DNA of 64,000 nt from positions 1,216,001-1,280,000 of the forward strand of contig CAVSAC010000012.1 in assembly GCA_963725865.1 (NCBI GenBank). The letters run 5' to 3'. Shown here in pieces: positions 35,122-46,379 of this stretch. Source of the DNA: Candidatus Eiseniibacteriota bacterium (GTDB lineage Bacteria; Eisenbacteria; RBG-16-71-46). The notes under the pieces were generated by a model, which searched no databases, was not told the origin of the DNA, and saw only the letters and a program-made list of their open reading frames with translations. Position 1 is the stretch's first letter; every line of letters begins with the position of its first letter. The position numbers and the translations under genes were made by a program.

Positions 35122-36264
35122 TCAGAACTGGTGCAGGAAGCGGATGTCGTTCTCGAGGAACAGGCGGATCTCGGGCACGCCGTAGCGCAGCATCGCGATG
35201 CGCTCGAGTCCCATGCCGAAAGCGAATCCGGTGACGCGCTCGGGATCGTAGCCGACCGCGCGGAAGACGTTCGGGTGCACCATGCCGGCGCCCAGCACCT
35301 CGAGCCAGCCGGAGCCCTTGCACACCACGCAACGTCGCTCGCCCTCGGGCGTCTTCTGGCGCCCGCCGCCGCCGCAGATGACGCACGAGACGTCCATCTG
35401 GCAGCCGGGCTCGACGAACGGGAAGTAGATCGGGATCAGCCGCGTCTTCAGGTGCGCGCCGTAGATGTGGCGAGCGAACGTGTTCAGCGTGCTCTTGAGG
35501 TCCGCCATCGACACGTCGGTGTCGACGAACAGGCCGTCGATCTGGTGGAACTGGTCCATGTGGCTGGCGTCCACCTGCTCGGCACGGTACACGCGGCCCG
35601 GGAACACCAGTCGCAGCGGCGGCTGCCGTTCCTCCATCGCCCGCACCCAGCCCGGCGAGGTGTGCGTGCGCAGCACCACCTGGGGATCGACGAAGTAGGT
35701 GTCGTGCGCGTCGCGCGCCGGGTGGTCGGGCGCGAAGTTGAGCTTGCCGAAGTTGTACTCGTCCCACTCCACCTCGGGACTGGTGTAGACGGAATAGCCG
35801 AGCCCATGGAACAGGTCGAGCAGCTCGTCGCGCACCTGCGCGAGCACGTGGCGATGCCCCACCCACGGCCGGCGTCCCGGCAGCGTGACGTCGAGCGCGT
35901 CGCGCGACTCGGCGGCGCGCTCGAGCGCGGCCTTGCGAGCGGCCGCGACCTCCTCGAGCAGGCGCTTGGCGAGATTGAGGCCCCGGCCGCGCCGCTTGCG
36001 CTCGTCGATCGCGAGCGCCGGCAGTTCCCCCAGCGCCCGCGTCAGCGCGCCGCGCTCGCGCCCCAGCACCGCCACCACGCAGGTGGAAAGCGCGGCGGCG
36101 TCCGGCGCGCCGGACAACCGCTCGCTCCACGCCAGGACTGCCTGCGCGAGGTCGCCATCGGTCGCGCGCAGCGCGGCCAGGCGCTCGTCGAAGTCCGGCA
36201 GCAGCGGCCGCGGGTCACCCGCGGCCCACTGCGGATCGAGTCCGTTCAGCAGCGGGTCGGCCAT
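35122..36264 (-). CDS. pheS: Phenylalanine--tRNA ligase alpha subunit
   Basis: HPARDAHDT, LRTHTS, YFPFVEP, GAGMVHPNV, GFAFGMGLER. Confidence 0.96.
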   Translation of the reverse strand: MADPLLNGLDPQWAAGDPRPLLPDFDERLAALRATDGDLAQAVLAWSERLSGAPDAAALSTCVVAVLGRERGALTRALGELPALAIDERKRRGRGLNLAKRLLEEVAAARKAALERAAESRDALDVTLPGRRPWVGHRHVLAQVRDELLDLFHGLGYSVYTSPEVEWDEYNFGKLNFAPDHPARDAHDTYFVDPQVVLRTHTSPGWVRAMEERQPPLRLVFPGRVYRAEQVDASHMDQFHQIDGLFVDTDVSMADLKSTLNTFARHIYGAHLKTRLIPIYFPFVEPGCQMDVSCVICGGGGRQKTPEGERRCVVCKGSGWLEVLGAGMVHPNVFRAVGYDPERVTGFAFGMGLERIAMLRYGVPEIRLFLENDIRFLHQF

Positions 36265-36268
36265 CGCG

Positions 36269-36625
36269 TCACACCGTCGCCGACTTCGCCACCTCCGCGA
36301 GCTTCGCGAACGCCCCCGCGTCGCGCACCGCGAGGTCGGCGAGCAGCTTGCGGTTGACGTCCACGTTCGCCTTCTTCAGGCCGGCGATGAGCGTGCTGTA
36401 CGACAGGCCGTTGATGCGCGCGGCCGCGTTGATGCGCACGATCCACAGGCGGCGGAAGTCCCGCTTCTTCTTGCGACGGTGTTCGTACGCGAACTGCCCG
36501 GCGCGCTGCACGGTCTGGAGCGCGCTCTTGTACAGCTTGCGGCGGCCGCTGAAGTTCCCCTTCGCGGCCTTCATCACCTTGCGCCGGCGGGCGCGTCCGG
36601 GAACTACGGTCTTGGAACGAGGCAT
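36269..36625 (-). CDS. rplT: 50S ribosomal protein L20
   Basis: [25 protein letters not shown]. Confidence 0.98.
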   Translation of the reverse strand: MPRSKTVVPGRARRRKVMKAAKGNFSGRRKLYKSALQTVQRAGQFAYEHRRKKKRDFRRLWIVRINAAARINGLSYSTLIAGLKKANVDVNRKLLADLAVRDAGAFAKLAEVAKSATV

Positions 36626-36701
36626 CGGTCATGACCTCCATGCCCGCGGCGCCATCGCTCGGGGGCGCGACGCGGGGCGGATGTTCGTCGTGAATTCGGG
36701 T

Positions 36702-36899
36702 CTAACGCTTGCCGAGCATGCGGAGGACGCGCGCCTGATCGGCAGCGGCCACCACCTCGGTGCCCACCAGCTTGCGCTTCCGGCCCCGCGACTTGCCGAT
36801 CATGCCGTGACGCAGGTTCGCGTGGCCGCGCACGGCCTTGCCGGTGCCGGACACCTTGAACCGCTTCGCGGCGGCTCGGTTGGTCTTCATCTTGGGCAT
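36702..36899 (-). CDS. rpmI: 50S ribosomal protein L35
   Basis: [21 protein letters not shown]. Confidence 0.97.
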   Translation of the reverse strand: MPKMKTNRAAAKRFKVSGTGKAVRGHANLRHGMIGKSRGRKRKLVGTEVVAAADQARVLRMLGKR

Positions 36900-36903
36900 C
36901 GGG

Positions 36904-37527
36904 TCACTCCTTCAAAGCGCCGGGCGGCGGTGCCGCGGCGGCGGAAGCGGACTCGGCCTTGCCGGCCGGCGCCGCGTGGGTCTCGGCTTTGCCACCGCCG
37001 GTCTTCGACGGCTTGGGCATCATCACCGCGTTGAGCGTGCGCCCTTCCGAGCGCGGCGGCGATTCCACCAGCGCCACGTCGGCCAGCGCGGCGATCACCT
37101 TCTGGATGAGCGCGTAGCCAAGCTCCTGGTGCGCCATCTCGCGACCGCGGAACGTGACCGTGACCTTGACCTTGTCACGGTCGTCGAGGAACTGGCGAGC
37201 GTGCTTGAGCTTGAACTCGTAGTCGTGGTCGTCGATCTTGGGCCGCATCTTCACTTCCTTGAGCTGCATCTGGTGCTGCTTCTTCTTGGCCACCCGGGCG
37301 CGGCGGTTCTGTTCGTACTTGTACTTCCCGTAGTCCATGATGCGGCAGACGGGCGGTCGCGCCGTCGGCGACACCTCGACCAGATCGAGGCCCTTGGACT
37401 GCGCCAGCGCGAGCGCTTCGCGCACTGGCAGCACGCCGACCTGAGCGCCGTCGTCCCCGATCACGCGGACCTGGGGGACGCGGATGCGCTCATTGACGCG
37501 CACTTCAGGCTGCTTCATCACCGAAAT
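36904..37527 (-). CDS. infC: Translation initiation factor IF-3 with probable AUU start
   Basis: [36 protein letters not shown]7-ATT at 37527 in frame. Confidence 0.95.
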   Translation of the reverse strand: MSVMKQPEVRVNERIRVPQVRVIGDDGAQVGVLPVREALALAQSKGLDLVEVSPTARPPVCRIMDYGKYKYEQNRRARVAKKKQHQMQLKEVKMRPKIDDHDYEFKLKHARQFLDDRDKVKVTVTFRGREMAHQELGYALIQKVIAALADVALVESPPRSEGRTLNAVMMPKPSKTGGGKAETHAAPAGKAESASAAAAPPPGALKE

Positions 37528-37589
37528 GGCTGCACCTCCGATCCAGACGTTCGAACAGGAGCCCGGTCGCGCGTGGCGCGCCACGAAAC

Positions 37590-37748
37590 GCGAACGCCGG
37601 GCGGGTCCTCCAAGCGGAAGGCCCCGCCCGGCGTCGGCCGGAGCGAGCGAGCGCGCGCCCATGTCGTTGGGGCACGCGACCAAGACCCTTGAGCAAGACC
37701 ACGAGGTCCGCGGGGGTGAGAAGCGCGAGGCTTCTGCTTGGAAACTGG
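37590..37748 (-). promoter_or_regulatory. L20-leader-like cis-regulatory RNA upstream of infC-rpmI-rplT
   Basis: AAGCAGAAGCCUCGCGCUUCUCACC (37739-37715) resembles the Firmicutes L20-leader 5' hairpin as recalled; 12-bp hairpin at 37594-37634 downstream. Confidence 0.6.
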
Positions 37749-37754
37749 ACGGGC

Positions 37755-37784
37755 AGTCTAAGGCACCGCCGCGGTGCGGTGCAA
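37755..37784 (-). promoter_or_regulatory. Candidate sigma70 promoter TTGCAC-N18-TAGACT for the infC operon
   Basis: -35 at 37784-37779, -10 at 37760-37755, just before the leader. Confidence 0.55.
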
Positions 37785-37910
37785 GGCGACTGTGGGCCGG
37801 GTTGACAACCGTGGTCGTCCCCTGCGCATCCTAGCGGGGCGAATCGACCCCATCCCCTGCCGTCCCGGAGCGACCGCACGCCGGGAAGTACCCCCCAAAC
37901 GGAGGTTCTC

Positions 37911-38546
37911 ATGCGCACGCTCTTCGTCCTCGCCGCCCTGGCGGTGGTGGTCAGCGCCTCGACCGCGTCCGCCCTCGAGACGGGCGACGGCTACTACGCC
38001 ATCCAGATCACCAACGGCACCGCGGATCTGTACTCGCCCGCGGCGGGAAGCTACATCAGCGCCTACGACCACTCCGAGGTCGGGGTCGGGCTCCAGTACT
38101 GGCGGCTGATGTCGCCCGACTACGCGTTCACGTTCTCCGGCGGGGTGGGTTACTTCGCCGAGACCGACAAGCCGGGGGCCAACGCCACCCCCACGGCGAC
38201 CGACTTCAAGTACACCCAGAGCTCGTGGAACGTCCGCATCGGCGGGGACCGCATCGCGAAAGTGGCCGACCGCGCGATCCTCTACTTCGGACCGGGGCTC
38301 GAATACTGGAGCGGCAAGGCCAAGTTCGACGGCGGCGCCTATCTCAACCCCTACCAGACCCAGAACGTCACGCGCTTCGGGCTCTCCGGCCGGGTCGGTG
38401 GGATGATGATGTTCACCGACCAGGTGGGCTTCAACATCCAGGTCGGACGCTACGTCGCCTACGCTTCCGCCGAGGAAGGTGGCGCCAAGGCCACGTGGTG
38501 GCCGAGCGGCTTCCAGGGTACCGGCGGCCTGGTGCTCAAGTTCTGA
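37911..38546 (+). CDS. Outer-membrane beta-barrel protein (8-stranded type)
   Basis: GGAGG SD, signal peptide, amphipathic Gly/Tyr/Phe-rich strands, C-terminal GLVLKF. Confidence 0.8.
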   Translation: MRTLFVLAALAVVVSASTASALETGDGYYAIQITNGTADLYSPAAGSYISAYDHSEVGVGLQYWRLMSPDYAFTFSGGVGYFAETDKPGANATPTATDFKYTQSSWNVRIGGDRIAKVADRAILYFGPGLEYWSGKAKFDGGAYLNPYQTQNVTRFGLSGRVGGMMMFTDQVGFNIQVGRYVAYASAEEGGAKATWWPSGFQGTGGLVLKF

Positions 38547-38764
38547 TCCGACCTCTCGGCGGTGATGTGCGCGGGCGCGCGGACTGCGGTCCGGGCGCCC
38601 GCGGCATGCACGGCACCGCGCCGCGGATCGCGGGAAGGCTGGCATTCGGTCCGCCGGGCGCCTACTCTGGGTCCGGGTCGACGGCCGGGCCGAACGCCCG
38701 GCGCGCAGGCGGCGCGCCACCCGCGCGCCGCCGTGTCGTTTCGGGCACAGGAGATCCGCTCCGC

Positions 38765-39628
38765 ATGATGGTCCGCCACTGGGTCGCGACGCTCTCGCTG
38801 CTCGCCCCATTGCTCATCCCGTCCCACGCGTCCGCCGCTCCGGCGGATTCGAGCGCGACCCGTGCCGACACCTACCACCTCGATCTCTCCTCTCCCCGCG
38901 CGGGTGCCGCTCCGGTGGACTCGAGCGCGACGCGCGCCGACACCAGCGCCACCGCCACCGACTCCACCGGGCACCGCGTCCCTCCCATCACCATCGTGCG
39001 GCTGCCGCTGGGGACCACGCCGCTCGATCGCCCCGACAGCGCGGCCGCGACGCGTCCGCCGGGCAAGGAGCGCCGCAAGGGGCCCGAGCAGCGGTTCTTC
39101 GTGCTGGGCGGGTTCGGCTTCCCACTCGCGCCGCCGGCCCTCACGAGCCAGTGGAATGCGGGCGGCAACTTCGGCGCCGGGATGGAATTCCTGCTCGAGC
39201 CGCGCTTCAGCGTGCGGATCCGCGCCGACTGGACGCAGCTGCCATTCGACGAGCGGCACTTCCTCAAGCGGATCGGCCTGTACGGGACCGGCGCCGCCGT
39301 CGAGGGCGGCGGCGCGAGCCTGGTGCAATTGGCCGCGATGCTGAAGCTCCACACCCGCGGCGAGTGGCCGCGCTTCTTCATCGAGGCCGGCCCCGGGCTG
39401 GGCCTGGTGCGCAGCGGTGACGCGCTGCTGTACGACCCCGTCACGGCGACGCTGTTCGAGAACCAGGGCGAGGACGAGTTCCGCGGTGCCGCGAGTGCCG
39501 GCGGGGGCGTCGAGCTGCTGAGGCGCGACGGCAGCGGACTGTTCGTGGACCTCCACTGGAACTCGATCTTCACCAAGGGGCGCACGACCCAGTCGATGCC
39601 GTTCACGGTCGGGATCCTCTTCCCGTAG
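38765..39628 (+). CDS. Outer-membrane beta-barrel protein with Ser/Thr/Asp-rich repeated N-terminal linker
   Basis: Signal peptide; AAPxDSSATRADT twice; beta strands; ends TVGILFP. Confidence 0.75.
   Translation: MMVRHWVATLSLLAPLLIPSHASAAPADSSATRADTYHLDLSSPRAGAAPVDSSATRADTSATATDSTGHRVPPITIVRLPLGTTPLDRPDSAAATRPPGKERRKGPEQRFFVLGGFGFPLAPPALTSQWNAGGNFGAGMEFLLEPRFSVRIRADWTQLPFDERHFLKRIGLYGTGAAVEGGGASLVQLAAMLKLHTRGEWPRFFIEAGPGLGLVRSGDALLYDPVTATLFENQGEDEFRGAASAGGGVELLRRDGSGLFVDLHWNSIFTKGRTTQSMPFTVGILFP
38834..38944 (+). repeat. Imperfect 39-bp intragenic direct repeat (38834-38872 and 38906-38944)
   Basis: Encodes AAPADSSATRADT and AAPVDSSATRADT. Confidence 0.85.
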
Positions 39629-39745
39629 TCCGGCCGGCCGTGCGCCGGGCGGCGCGGCGGTGAGGAACTCCGGAACACGCGTCGCCGGGCAGGGGTAGGA
39701 CGAGGCGATGACGCATCGGGAAAGCTCCTCACCTCGGAGGCCAGG

Positions 39746-40357
39746 ATGAACCGATCGATCCTTGCTCTTCCCATCATGCTCGCCCTCGGGACATGCGGAT
39801 TGGCGCCCGACGGGGCCCGCGCGGCCGGCAACGTGCGGCCATTCGTCGCCGTGGGTTGGTCCGCTCCGGTGACCTACAGCGATGCCCACATCGGCCCGGC
39901 GTGGTCCGGTGGCCTCGAGGTGGAGCAGTCGGAGCGCGTGAGCATGCTGGCTCGCGTCGATCTCACCACGCTCGGCGGCCCGGTCGCCGACGGCCGCGTC
40001 GTCGCGCTCTCGGGGCCCGACGCGCCGCGGCTCTATGAGGTCGACGCCGCCGATCTCCGCACCGCGAGCGCCGCTTTCGGCGCGCGGCTCTACCCCGTCC
40101 GCATCGCGCGCTGGCGCACCTACGCTGACGCGACGCTTGGCGCGCGCGTGGGCCTCGAGGGCCGGCGCACGTCCTCGTTCTCGCCACACGGCGACCGGAA
40201 CCGGTTCAACGGCGTGGTCGGTGCGCTGCACGCCGGCATCACCACCGCGCGCCGGGGCGGCGGCGGGCTGTTCACCGACGTGGGTTGGGAATTCGTGGCG
40301 CGCAACCCCGCTCGCTACGCGGTGGTGCCGGTGCGGGTCGGCATCATCCTGCCCTGA
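39746..40357 (+). CDS. Putative outer-membrane beta-barrel protein
   Basis: Signal peptide; amphipathic strands; ends VPVRVGIILP. Confidence 0.7.
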   Translation: MNRSILALPIMLALGTCGLAPDGARAAGNVRPFVAVGWSAPVTYSDAHIGPAWSGGLEVEQSERVSMLARVDLTTLGGPVADGRVVALSGPDAPRLYEVDAADLRTASAAFGARLYPVRIARWRTYADATLGARVGLEGRRTSSFSPHGDRNRFNGVVGALHAGITTARRGGGGLFTDVGWEFVARNPARYAVVPVRVGIILP

Positions 40358-40372
40358 GACGGAGGAGGCGAT

Positions 40373-41041
40373 ATGCAGGCCGCGCACGGAATCGCGACCG
40401 GTGCGCGGAGGGGAGCATGGCTCCTCTTCGTGCTGTTGGCGGGGCTGGGCGCCGCGTGGAGCGACGCGTCCGCCGTGCTGGTGACGGTGCCTCGCGACGG
40501 GCCCGCTTCCGGCCCGCCGCCGGATGTGCACGTCGCAGGGGCGATCGGATACTGCCGCGCACAGCGCTGGCCGGTGCTGCAGGACGGGTTCATCGCGTCG
40601 CTGCGGCTCTCGATCGATCCATCCCCGTGGTGGAGTCCGTTCCTCGAGGTGCAGTCGACCGGATTGACGGGGACCGTCACCTACCGCACGTTCACTCAGA
40701 CGCTGTACACGTCGCGCGAGGACCGTAGGCTCAACGCGGTGGCGATCGGCACGCGCGTCCACCTGGTGAGGCGACGCCTGATTCGCCCCTTCCTCGAGGG
40801 CGGCATCGCCGCGCGATTCGCGGGCGATCAGGACAGGGTTTACGCCAATGATGCCTCCAGTGTCACCCGGGTTGGACCGCTCGTCGACGAAGAGGGCCTC
40901 GCCGGCTTTGGTCGAGCAGGTCTCTCGACCGCGCAGTGGAATGGAGCGGGGGTGTTCGTGGATGCGGGCTACGAGTTCTTGTTCAAGAACCCCGACCAGC
41001 GCGGCGTGACGCCGGTGCGGTTCGGGATCCTGTTCCCGTAG
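40373..41041 (+). CDS. Putative outer-membrane beta-barrel protein
   Basis: GGAGG SD; signal peptide; RPFLEGG; ends TPVRFGILFP. Confidence 0.7.
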   Translation: MQAAHGIATGARRGAWLLFVLLAGLGAAWSDASAVLVTVPRDGPASGPPPDVHVAGAIGYCRAQRWPVLQDGFIASLRLSIDPSPWWSPFLEVQSTGLTGTVTYRTFTQTLYTSREDRRLNAVAIGTRVHLVRRRLIRPFLEGGIAARFAGDQDRVYANDASSVTRVGPLVDEEGLAGFGRAGLSTAQWNGAGVFVDAGYEFLFKNPDQRGVTPVRFGILFP

Positions 41042-41051
41042 CGACGTACCC

Positions 41052-41095
41052 ACGGCACGAAGGCCCCGCCGCGCGCGACGGGGCCTTCGTGCCGT
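41052..41095. terminator. Probable bidirectional terminator between convergent OMP4 and thrS
   Basis: Perfect 17-bp inverted repeat acggcacgaaggccccg / cggggccttcgtgccgt. Confidence 0.8.
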
Positions 41096-41105
41096 CCAGC
41101 AGAGC

Positions 41106-42884
<1,779 letters not shown>

Positions 42885-42961
42885 GGCGGATTCCCTTCGC
42901 AACGAGACGCGGGGCGGCACGCCGGGACGACGGTCCGAACGGCATACGCGCCCCGCGAAGA

Positions 42962-43038
42962 TGGTGGGCGATACTGGACTTGAACCAGTGACCCCTTGCT
43001 TGTCGAGCAAGTGCTCTAGCCAGCTGAGCTAATCGCCC
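42962..43038 (-). tRNA. tRNA-Val (anticodon GAC), CCA encoded
   Basis: GGGCGATTAGCTCAGCTGGCTAGAGCACTTGCTCGACAAGCAAGGGGTCACTGGTTCAAGTCCAGTATCGCCCACCA folds as a cloverleaf. Confidence 0.97.
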
Positions 43039-43049
43039 GCGAGCGGGAG

Positions 43050-43079
43050 ATCAAACCGCACCGTGGCGCGCGCTGTCAA
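43050..43079 (-). promoter_or_regulatory. Candidate promoter TTGACA-N18-TTTGAT for tRNA-Val-thrS
   Basis: Consensus -35 at 43079-43074; -10 ends 11 nt before the tRNA. Confidence 0.5.
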
Positions 43080-43122
43080 GGCAGCCACCGATGCTGCCGA
43101 TAACCGGCGCAGAGGTGCTCGC

Positions 43123-43701
43123 ATGCGCTGGGGACGAGTGGTGGTGGCATTGACGCTGGTCGCGCTGTCGATCGCGACGATCTTCCTCTCGAACAACTGG
43201 CGGTACCAGATGCGCCGCGCGGAGCTCGCCGAGCGACGCGAGCAGGCCACGTGGCACTGGACGCGGTTCGTCATGGACTCGCTCGGCACCACGCTCGCGC
43301 TGCCGAGTCCGCCGATCGAACCGTGGGGCGCCGACTCGCTCTACTGGCAATGGGTGGCGACGACGGCGCGGCTGCAGTCACGCCGCTGGCAGCAGGCGGT
43401 CCAGCACTGGGTACGTCAGCGTGGCACCATGCTGGACGAGGTCGATGTGACGATGTTGCAGCGCGACGGGCTCTCCGACCCTCCCACCCAGCTGCGCGAC
43501 GATCTCCAGGCGCATCCGGAGCTGATCCCGGATCGCGCGGTGCTCGGAGGCAGCATGCAGGTCGACGAGATCCTGCTGCTCTCGCCGTCCTACGTGTTCG
43601 CGCGCTACACCGACGGCCACATCGAGGGTGCGATGCTGCTCGAGTACCAGGTCGCCTCCGGCCGTATCGCCTGGAAGCGGCTCTGGTCGCGGCTCGACTG
43701 A
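43123..43701 (+). CDS. Hypothetical membrane-anchored protein
   Basis: GAGGTG SD; N-terminal TM; C-terminal globular HPELIP...VLGG...DGHIEGAMLLEY. Confidence 0.7.
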   Translation: MRWGRVVVALTLVALSIATIFLSNNWRYQMRRAELAERREQATWHWTRFVMDSLGTTLALPSPPIEPWGADSLYWQWVATTARLQSRRWQQAVQHWVRQRGTMLDEVDVTMLQRDGLSDPPTQLRDDLQAHPELIPDRAVLGGSMQVDEILLLSPSYVFARYTDGHIEGAMLLEYQVASGRIAWKRLWSRLD

Positions 43702-43813
43702 GGAGCGCTGCGACGCCGCATCCCGCCGCCCCCGGTGCCCGCGATCGGTGCGCCGGCGCCGCTGGGATCGCGCCGGCCGACGCGAACCGCGCGCTTCGGT
43801 CCGGCGCGAACGC

Positions 43814-44521
43814 CTACCAGTCCACGCCGGTCACCAGCGTCACGTCGAACGGCTTCCAGGTCGAGAACCAGCCCGCGTCGAGCGCCCCGTCCGTCAGCGC
43901 GCGCGTCACGCGCAGGTCGACCAGCCCGCGGTGCCCGCGGAGCGGAAACGCCCACCCGATGCCGGAGCGTGCGTCGAGGCGTGACGTACGCACGTGCGTG
44001 AAGATGTTGGTCGTCCCCGCCTCGTGTCTCGGGACCATCGCGTCCAAGGTCGGATCGTAGCGTTCGATGTCCCGCACGAGTCGGAAGTGCGCGGCGGTCA
44101 CGAATGCCGCCTCGGGGCCGATCGTGATCTGGAGACGACGCGCCCAGAACGGCGAGAGGCGGAGCAGCAGCGGCACGCGAACCTCGTCCACCCGTAGGCC
44201 GAACTTGCCCTGCTGGAGCAGGAAGGGGTCGGTCGGCGTGGTCGCGTACTCGACGTGATTCCCGGAGTGCGCGAATCGTGCGCCGGTCAGCAGGCCGAAG
44301 TGCGGGCCGTAGCGAAGCTCGACGCGCGCGCCGGCCGTGAACGAGGTCGCCCAACCGTTGTCCCAGAACGGAAGCGGGTCGTCGTAGTCGACGCTCGAGC
44401 GGCCGATTCCGAACTCCACGCCGGGCCGCACGACCATGCGAGCATTCGCGGGGCCGGGTGCGAGCGCGCGGCAGCTCAGCAGCAGCGCGCACACGAGCAC
44501 GGTGGAACGGATCGCGATCAT
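43814..44521 (-). CDS. Outer-membrane beta-barrel protein (PorT/OMP_b-brl_2-like)
   Basis: GAGGAGG SD; signal peptide; VPLLL, GPEAAF; C-terminal TGVDW. Confidence 0.75.
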   Translation of the reverse strand: MIAIRSTVLVCALLLSCRALAPGPANARMVVRPGVEFGIGRSSVDYDDPLPFWDNGWATSFTAGARVELRYGPHFGLLTGARFAHSGNHVEYATTPTDPFLLQQGKFGLRVDEVRVPLLLRLSPFWARRLQITIGPEAAFVTAAHFRLVRDIERYDPTLDAMVPRHEAGTTNIFTHVRTSRLDARSGIGWAFPLRGHRGLVDLRVTRALTDGALDAGWFSTWKPFDVTLVTGVDW

Positions 44522-44639
44522 CGCGGCCAGCCTCCTCGTGAAAGGAACCGTGGGGCACGCACAGAGTACGCCCGCGCACCCGTCGCCCTCCAGCCGGTCG
44601 CCGAGCGCGGACGAGGCCGGCGCTCGAGCGGAATCGACC

Positions 44640-45227
44640 CCGCACCTGCGCGACGGCCGCGCGCTTCTCCGACGGGATCTCCCAGCCCAGGGTGCCGCAG
44701 AGCGACAGGTCGACCGGCTTCAGGTCCCGGCGGATATCGCGGTAGCGCGACGACTCCATCCCACCCGGGAACTCACCGGCGCTGAACACTCGCGCCGACG
44801 CGAGGAACGCCAACTCGGTGCCCAATCCAAAGTACGGCCCGGACTGCGGACGCGGCGCGTAGCCTACGAGGAGCGGGACCGCGACGTCGTTGGCGCGCAG
44901 TCGGAATCCGCCGCCGAACCCCACCGGGCCCGAGCCGAAGTCGATGTCGCCGTCGAACGCGACGTGATTGGAGTAGCAGACGTAACGCACGCCGTTGGAG
45001 AGCCCGAATCCTCGCGCGATCGGCACGTCGAGCGTGGCGCCGCCGGTGAGGGTGTTCCCCCAGCCGGTGTCCCAGAAGCCCAGAGGATCGTCGTAGCGGA
45101 GCGTGGAGGACTGCCATCCGGCCTCGGCGCCGGGATGGAGCGACGGACGGGCGTGCGTCGGACGGGCGGCGAGCAGCAGGACGAACAGACCGGCGACGGC
45201 GGATGCCAGGGGGCGGAGCGATCGCAT
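44640..45227 (-). pseudogene. Paralog of the 43814-44521 OMP that has lost its last strands and stop codon
   Basis: YDDPLGFWDTGW vs YDDPLPFWDNGW; similarity ends after GWEIP...AQVR and the frame runs on to 43605 as GC-noise sequence. Confidence 0.6.
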
Positions 45228-45281
45228 GGACGGCCGTTCGAGCGAATCGACATCCGAGGGTGGATCGGTGACGCCCCGATC

Positions 45282-46295
45282 CTACACCCTTCGCCCCAAC
45301 ACACCGGCGATGGTGCGGAGCTGCTCGACGAGGCTGTCGAACTGCTCGGGGTACAGCGACTGCGCGCCGTCGGAGAGCGCGTGGTCGGGGTCGTGATGGA
45401 CCTCGACGATCACCCCGTCCGCCCCGGCCGCGATCGAGGCGCGCGCCATCGGCGCGACCTTGTCGCGGATGCCGGTGCCGTGCGAGGGATCGACGATCAC
45501 CGGCAGGTGGCTCAGCTCCTTCACGACCGGGATGGCGTTCAGGTCGAGGGTGTTGCGGGTGTAGGTCTCGAACGTGCGGATGCCGCGCTCGCACAGGATC
45601 ACCTGGGAGTTGCCCTGCGACATCACGTGCTCGGCGCTCATCAGCCACTCCTCGATCGTGGCGGCCAGCCCGCGCTTGAGCAGCACCGGCTTCTGCGTCT
45701 GTCCGACCTCGCGCAGCAGCGAGAAGTTCTGCATGTTGCGCGCGCCGATCTGCAGGATGTCCGCGTAGCGCGCCAGCAGCCCGACCTGCGCGGTGTCCAT
45801 CACCTCGCTCACCACCGCGAGGCCGTGCGCGTCGGCGGCGCGGCGCAGGATCTTCAGGCCCTCCTCGCCAAGGCCCTGGAACGAGTAGGGCGACGTGCGC
45901 GGCTTGAACGCCCCGCCGCGCATGATGGTGGCGCCCGCCTTCGCGACCGCGGCGGCGATCGTGAACGCCTGCTCTTCGCCCTCCACCGAGCAGGGGCCGG
46001 CCATGATCGCGAGCTGGGTGCTGCCGATCGCGCAGCGGCCCACGCTGATCACGGTGTCGTGCGGATGGAACACCCGCGAGACCAGCTTGAACGGGGCTTT
46101 GATGCGCTCGGCGGACTCCACCCCCGCCCACGCCCGCACCGTGGCGAGGTCGATGCCGCCGAGGTCGCCGACCGCCGCCATCCGCACCCGCCCGTCGTGC
46201 TCAGTGCGGTGCACCGCGAGCCCCGCCATGCGTAGCCGCGAGGCCACGTCGTTGGCGAGCGCCTCGGTCACGCCGGGTCTCAGGATGACCAGCAT
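45282..46295 (-). CDS. aroF: DAHP synthase type Ibeta with N-terminal regulatory (ACT/ferredoxin-like) domain
   Basis: [39 protein letters not shown]. Confidence 0.95.
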   Translation of the reverse strand: MLVILRPGVTEALANDVASRLRMAGLAVHRTEHDGRVRMAAVGDLGGIDLATVRAWAGVESAERIKAPFKLVSRVFHPHDTVISVGRCAIGSTQLAIMAGPCSVEGEEQAFTIAAAVAKAGATIMRGGAFKPRTSPYSFQGLGEEGLKILRRAADAHGLAVVSEVMDTAQVGLLARYADILQIGARNMQNFSLLREVGQTQKPVLLKRGLAATIEEWLMSAEHVMSQGNSQVILCERGIRTFETYTRNTLDLNAIPVVKELSHLPVIVDPSHGTGIRDKVAPMARASIAAGADGVIVEVHHDPDHALSDGAQSLYPEQFDSLVEQLRTIAGVLGRRV

Positions 46296-46320
46296 CGGTG
46301 GAGCGTCCTCGCGAGCGGGT

Positions 46321-46352
46321 ACGAAGAAGCCCATGCCGCCATGGCATGGGCT
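46321..46352 (-). terminator. Attenuator terminator hairpin in the aroF leader
   Basis: AGCCCAUGCC-AUGGC-GGCAUGGGCU perfect 10-bp stem followed by UCUUCGU. Confidence 0.75.
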
Positions 46353-46379
46353 GGGAGTCTCGGCGCGGACCCGGTGGAC

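Noticed and set aside
35087..36130. Apparent PheT N-terminal extension or PheS-PheT fusion
   Set aside because: Alternate frame of pheS; the canonical PheT start is at 35086
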